Of a DNA stretch of 64,000 nt, positions 62,007 to 64,000 are shown in pieces. A program made the translations under genes and the position numbers. Source of the stretch: an uncultured Methanosarcinales archaeon (lineage in GTDB: Archaea; Nanobdellota; Nanobdellia; Woesearchaeales; UBA583). Below the pieces are notes generated by a model. It ran no database searches. It was given only the letters and a program-made list of their open reading frames with translations, and was not told the DNA's origin. The stretch is taken from NCBI GenBank assembly GCA_964429995.1, contig CAYSDY010000002.1, forward strand, positions 110,361-174,360. Reading direction: 5' to 3'. The number at the start of each line of letters is the position of its first letter. The stretch's first letter is position 1.

Positions 62007-63224
62007 ATGGATACTGAAAATATACCTGTTCAACCCACCATAAATATGGGTATTGTTGGACATGTTGATCATGGAAAAACATCTATTACAAAAATATTAA
62101 GTGGGAAATGGACTGATACTCATTCTGAGGAAAAAAAAAGAGGTATAACAATAAAGCTTGGATATACCAACTTTGTCATCTATTCTGATGGCAAAGAATA
62201 TTCGTTAAAAGAAAGTGATTCATTTAAGCCTGTAAGGAAAATATCAATAGTTGATGCACCAGGTCATGAATCTTTTATGGCAACAATGATATCAGGTGCT
62301 GCTATTATGGATTATGCACTTCTTGTTATTGCAGCAAATGAAAAATGTCCTCAACCACAGACAATAGAACATCTTAAAACTTTAGAAATTTCAGGTATTG
62401 AAAAGGTTATAGTTATACAAAATAAGGTGGATCTTGTAACAAAAGATTCTGCAATTGAAAATTATAGGCAGATAAAAGCTTTTCTTAAAGGAACAATTGC
62501 AGAAAATTCGCCAATAATTCCGTTTTCTGCACAATATGGGTCAAATGTTAATGTTTTACTTAATAAAATATATAATTATTTTGGTATAATTAAAAGAGAT
62601 GAAAAGGATTTACACCCATTAATGCATATAATCAGGTCTTTTGATATAAATAAACCAGGAGATGATTTTAGAAAACTTAAAGGAGGTGTTATAGGTGGTG
62701 CTATAACAAAAGGAATTCTTAAAATAGGAGATGAAATTGAAATTAAACCTGGTTTACAGATCGTAAGAGATGGACGTGTAACATTTAAACCTGTAATTGC
62801 AAAAGTGTGTGCAATACGGTCTGATTCAGAAAACCTATCTACTGCAGGACCAGGAGGAAGTATTGCAATAATGACAGGTCTTGATCCAACAGTTACTAAA
62901 ACTGATTCTTTGGTTGGTCAAATGGCAAGCATTAAAGGATATCTTCCAGAACCATTGATGACTCTTAAATTTAAAAACTTTTTTTTTGATAAAGTTATTA
63001 CATCTTCAAAAGATTATGATGTTAAATCGTTTGTGCAAAATGAACCATTGATGTTGATAGTTAATTCACTTACAACCGTAGGAAGTGTGTTTAAGGCTAA
63101 TCCTAACAGTACAGAAGTAAAATTAAGAAAACCAGTAATGGCATTTGAGGGTGATAGAGTAGTTGTTTTTAAAAGATTTGATAATAACAAATGGAGAATA
63201 ATAGGGCATGGTCTTATAGAATAA
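62007..63224 (+). CDS. eif2g: Translation initiation factor aIF2 gamma subunit
   Basis: GHVDHGKT, RGITIKLGY, DAPGHE, QNKVD, RSFDINKPG, WRIIGHG. Confidence 0.96.
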   Translation: MDTENIPVQPTINMGIVGHVDHGKTSITKILSGKWTDTHSEEKKRGITIKLGYTNFVIYSDGKEYSLKESDSFKPVRKISIVDAPGHESFMATMISGAAIMDYALLVIAANEKCPQPQTIEHLKTLEISGIEKVIVIQNKVDLVTKDSAIENYRQIKAFLKGTIAENSPIIPFSAQYGSNVNVLLNKIYNYFGIIKRDEKDLHPLMHIIRSFDINKPGDDFRKLKGGVIGGAITKGILKIGDEIEIKPGLQIVRDGRVTFKPVIAKVCAIRSDSENLSTAGPGGSIAIMTGLDPTVTKTDSLVGQMASIKGYLPEPLMTLKFKNFFFDKVITSSKDYDVKSFVQNEPLMLIVNSLTTVGSVFKANPNSTEVKLRKPVMAFEGDRVVVFKRFDNNKWRIIGHGLIE

Positions 63225-63230
63225 AAAAAG

Positions 63231-64000
63231 ATGGATGATGAAAAGTTAGACATTGAATTGCTCTTAAAACTTGGAAAATTTACATATGATTTAAGACAAG
63301 GTGTGATGGTTTTACTAAAAGAAGGAGTTTTATATTCGCAGGTTATTGATTATTTGGAAAAGTCTGTTTTTGATAATGGATATTTGCCAGCATTTCCTGC
63401 AACAGTTTGTGTTAATGATGTTACAGCTCATTTTACTGTTTTTGATGAAAATTTTGCTTTTAAAAATCAGGATGTTGTAAAAGTTGATTTTGGAGTTTCA
63501 TACGATGGTTATGTAACAGATAATGCATTTACATGTGAGATTGGCAGTAATAAATATGATAAATTATTAAAAGCTAATAAAGATGCATTATATAGTGTAC
63601 TTAAGTTTGCAAAAACAGATATTGCAGTAAAAGAGATAGGAAAAATTGTTAATGATATTGCAGAACAAAACGGTTTTAAAACTATACATAATTTATCTGG
63701 ACATCAGATAAAAAGATATGATCTTCATGCTGGTTTAAATATACCTAATTACGATAATTCATCTAATCAAAAGATAGAAAATGGTATGGAACTTGCAATT
63801 GAACCTTTTTTTACAACAGGAGAACCACTTGTAAAATCCTATGGAAAATCTAACATACTGATTCTACTTAATCCTTTAAAAAACACAAGAGATATTATTG
63901 CAAAAAAAATACTTTTACACATTAGAAAAAAATATCCTAAATTACCTTTTTCAAAAAGATGGCTTTTAGATGATGTTTGTTTAAATTTTAATATAAATGA
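63231..64000 (+). CDS. map: Type II methionine aminopeptidase (partial, runs off the window end)
   Basis: Manual translation: AFP...NDVTAHFT, KVDFG...DGYVTD, NLSGH, LHAG, AIEPF. Confidence 0.92.
   Translation, partial: MDDEKLDIELLLKLGKFTYDLRQGVMVLLKEGVLYSQVIDYLEKSVFDNGYLPAFPATVCVNDVTAHFTVFDENFAFKNQDVVKVDFGVSYDGYVTDNAFTCEIGSNKYDKLLKANKDALYSVLKFAKTDIAVKEIGKIVNDIAEQNGFKTIHNLSGHQIKRYDLHAGLNIPNYDNSSNQKIENGMELAIEPFFTTGEPLVKSYGKSNILILLNPLKNTRDIIAKKILLHIRKKYPKLPFSKRWLLDDVCLNFNIN

Overview
Very AT-rich archaeal DNA. Markers include aIF2-gamma, Taw1/Tyw1, a class I CCA-adding enzyme and archaellum accessory genes; a DPANN/Woesearchaeales-like host is my inference, not a database result. The window has two parts. 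(1) About 1-38.3 kb is accessory DNA ending at a tRNA-Ser(GCT) locus that overlaps an archaeal tyrosine integrase ORF. It holds two large surface proteins, an MNT antitoxin with a truncated HEPN partner, a 7-gene biosynthetic operon and a second integrase. The rest is a defence island: RhuM, type III R-M, a CARF/Csa3-like regulator, thermonuclease, RmuC, and a ~15 kb coupled operon (GHKL-zincin, frameshifted AddB-like, AddA-like, Wadjet jetABCD, PIN). (2) About 38.4-64 kb is housekeeping DNA. The strongest candidate for an undescribed system is the operon at 5713-10659 (minus strand). It starts with an unannotated 37-aa double-glycine peptide coupled to a helical protein, a C39-like peptidase fused to a phosphohistidine swivel domain, a PPDK-type ATP-grasp protein, a radical SAM/SPASM enzyme, an alpha/beta hydrolase and a histidine phosphatase. 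This looks like an archaeal RiPP-like pathway with a split dikinase-type phosphotransferase. Also notable are a divergent 5'-half tRNA-Ser with a GC-rich tail directly upstream of the complete tRNA-Ser, and the AddAB+Wadjet+PIN operon. All family assignments are from motif recognition by eye; no searches were run.
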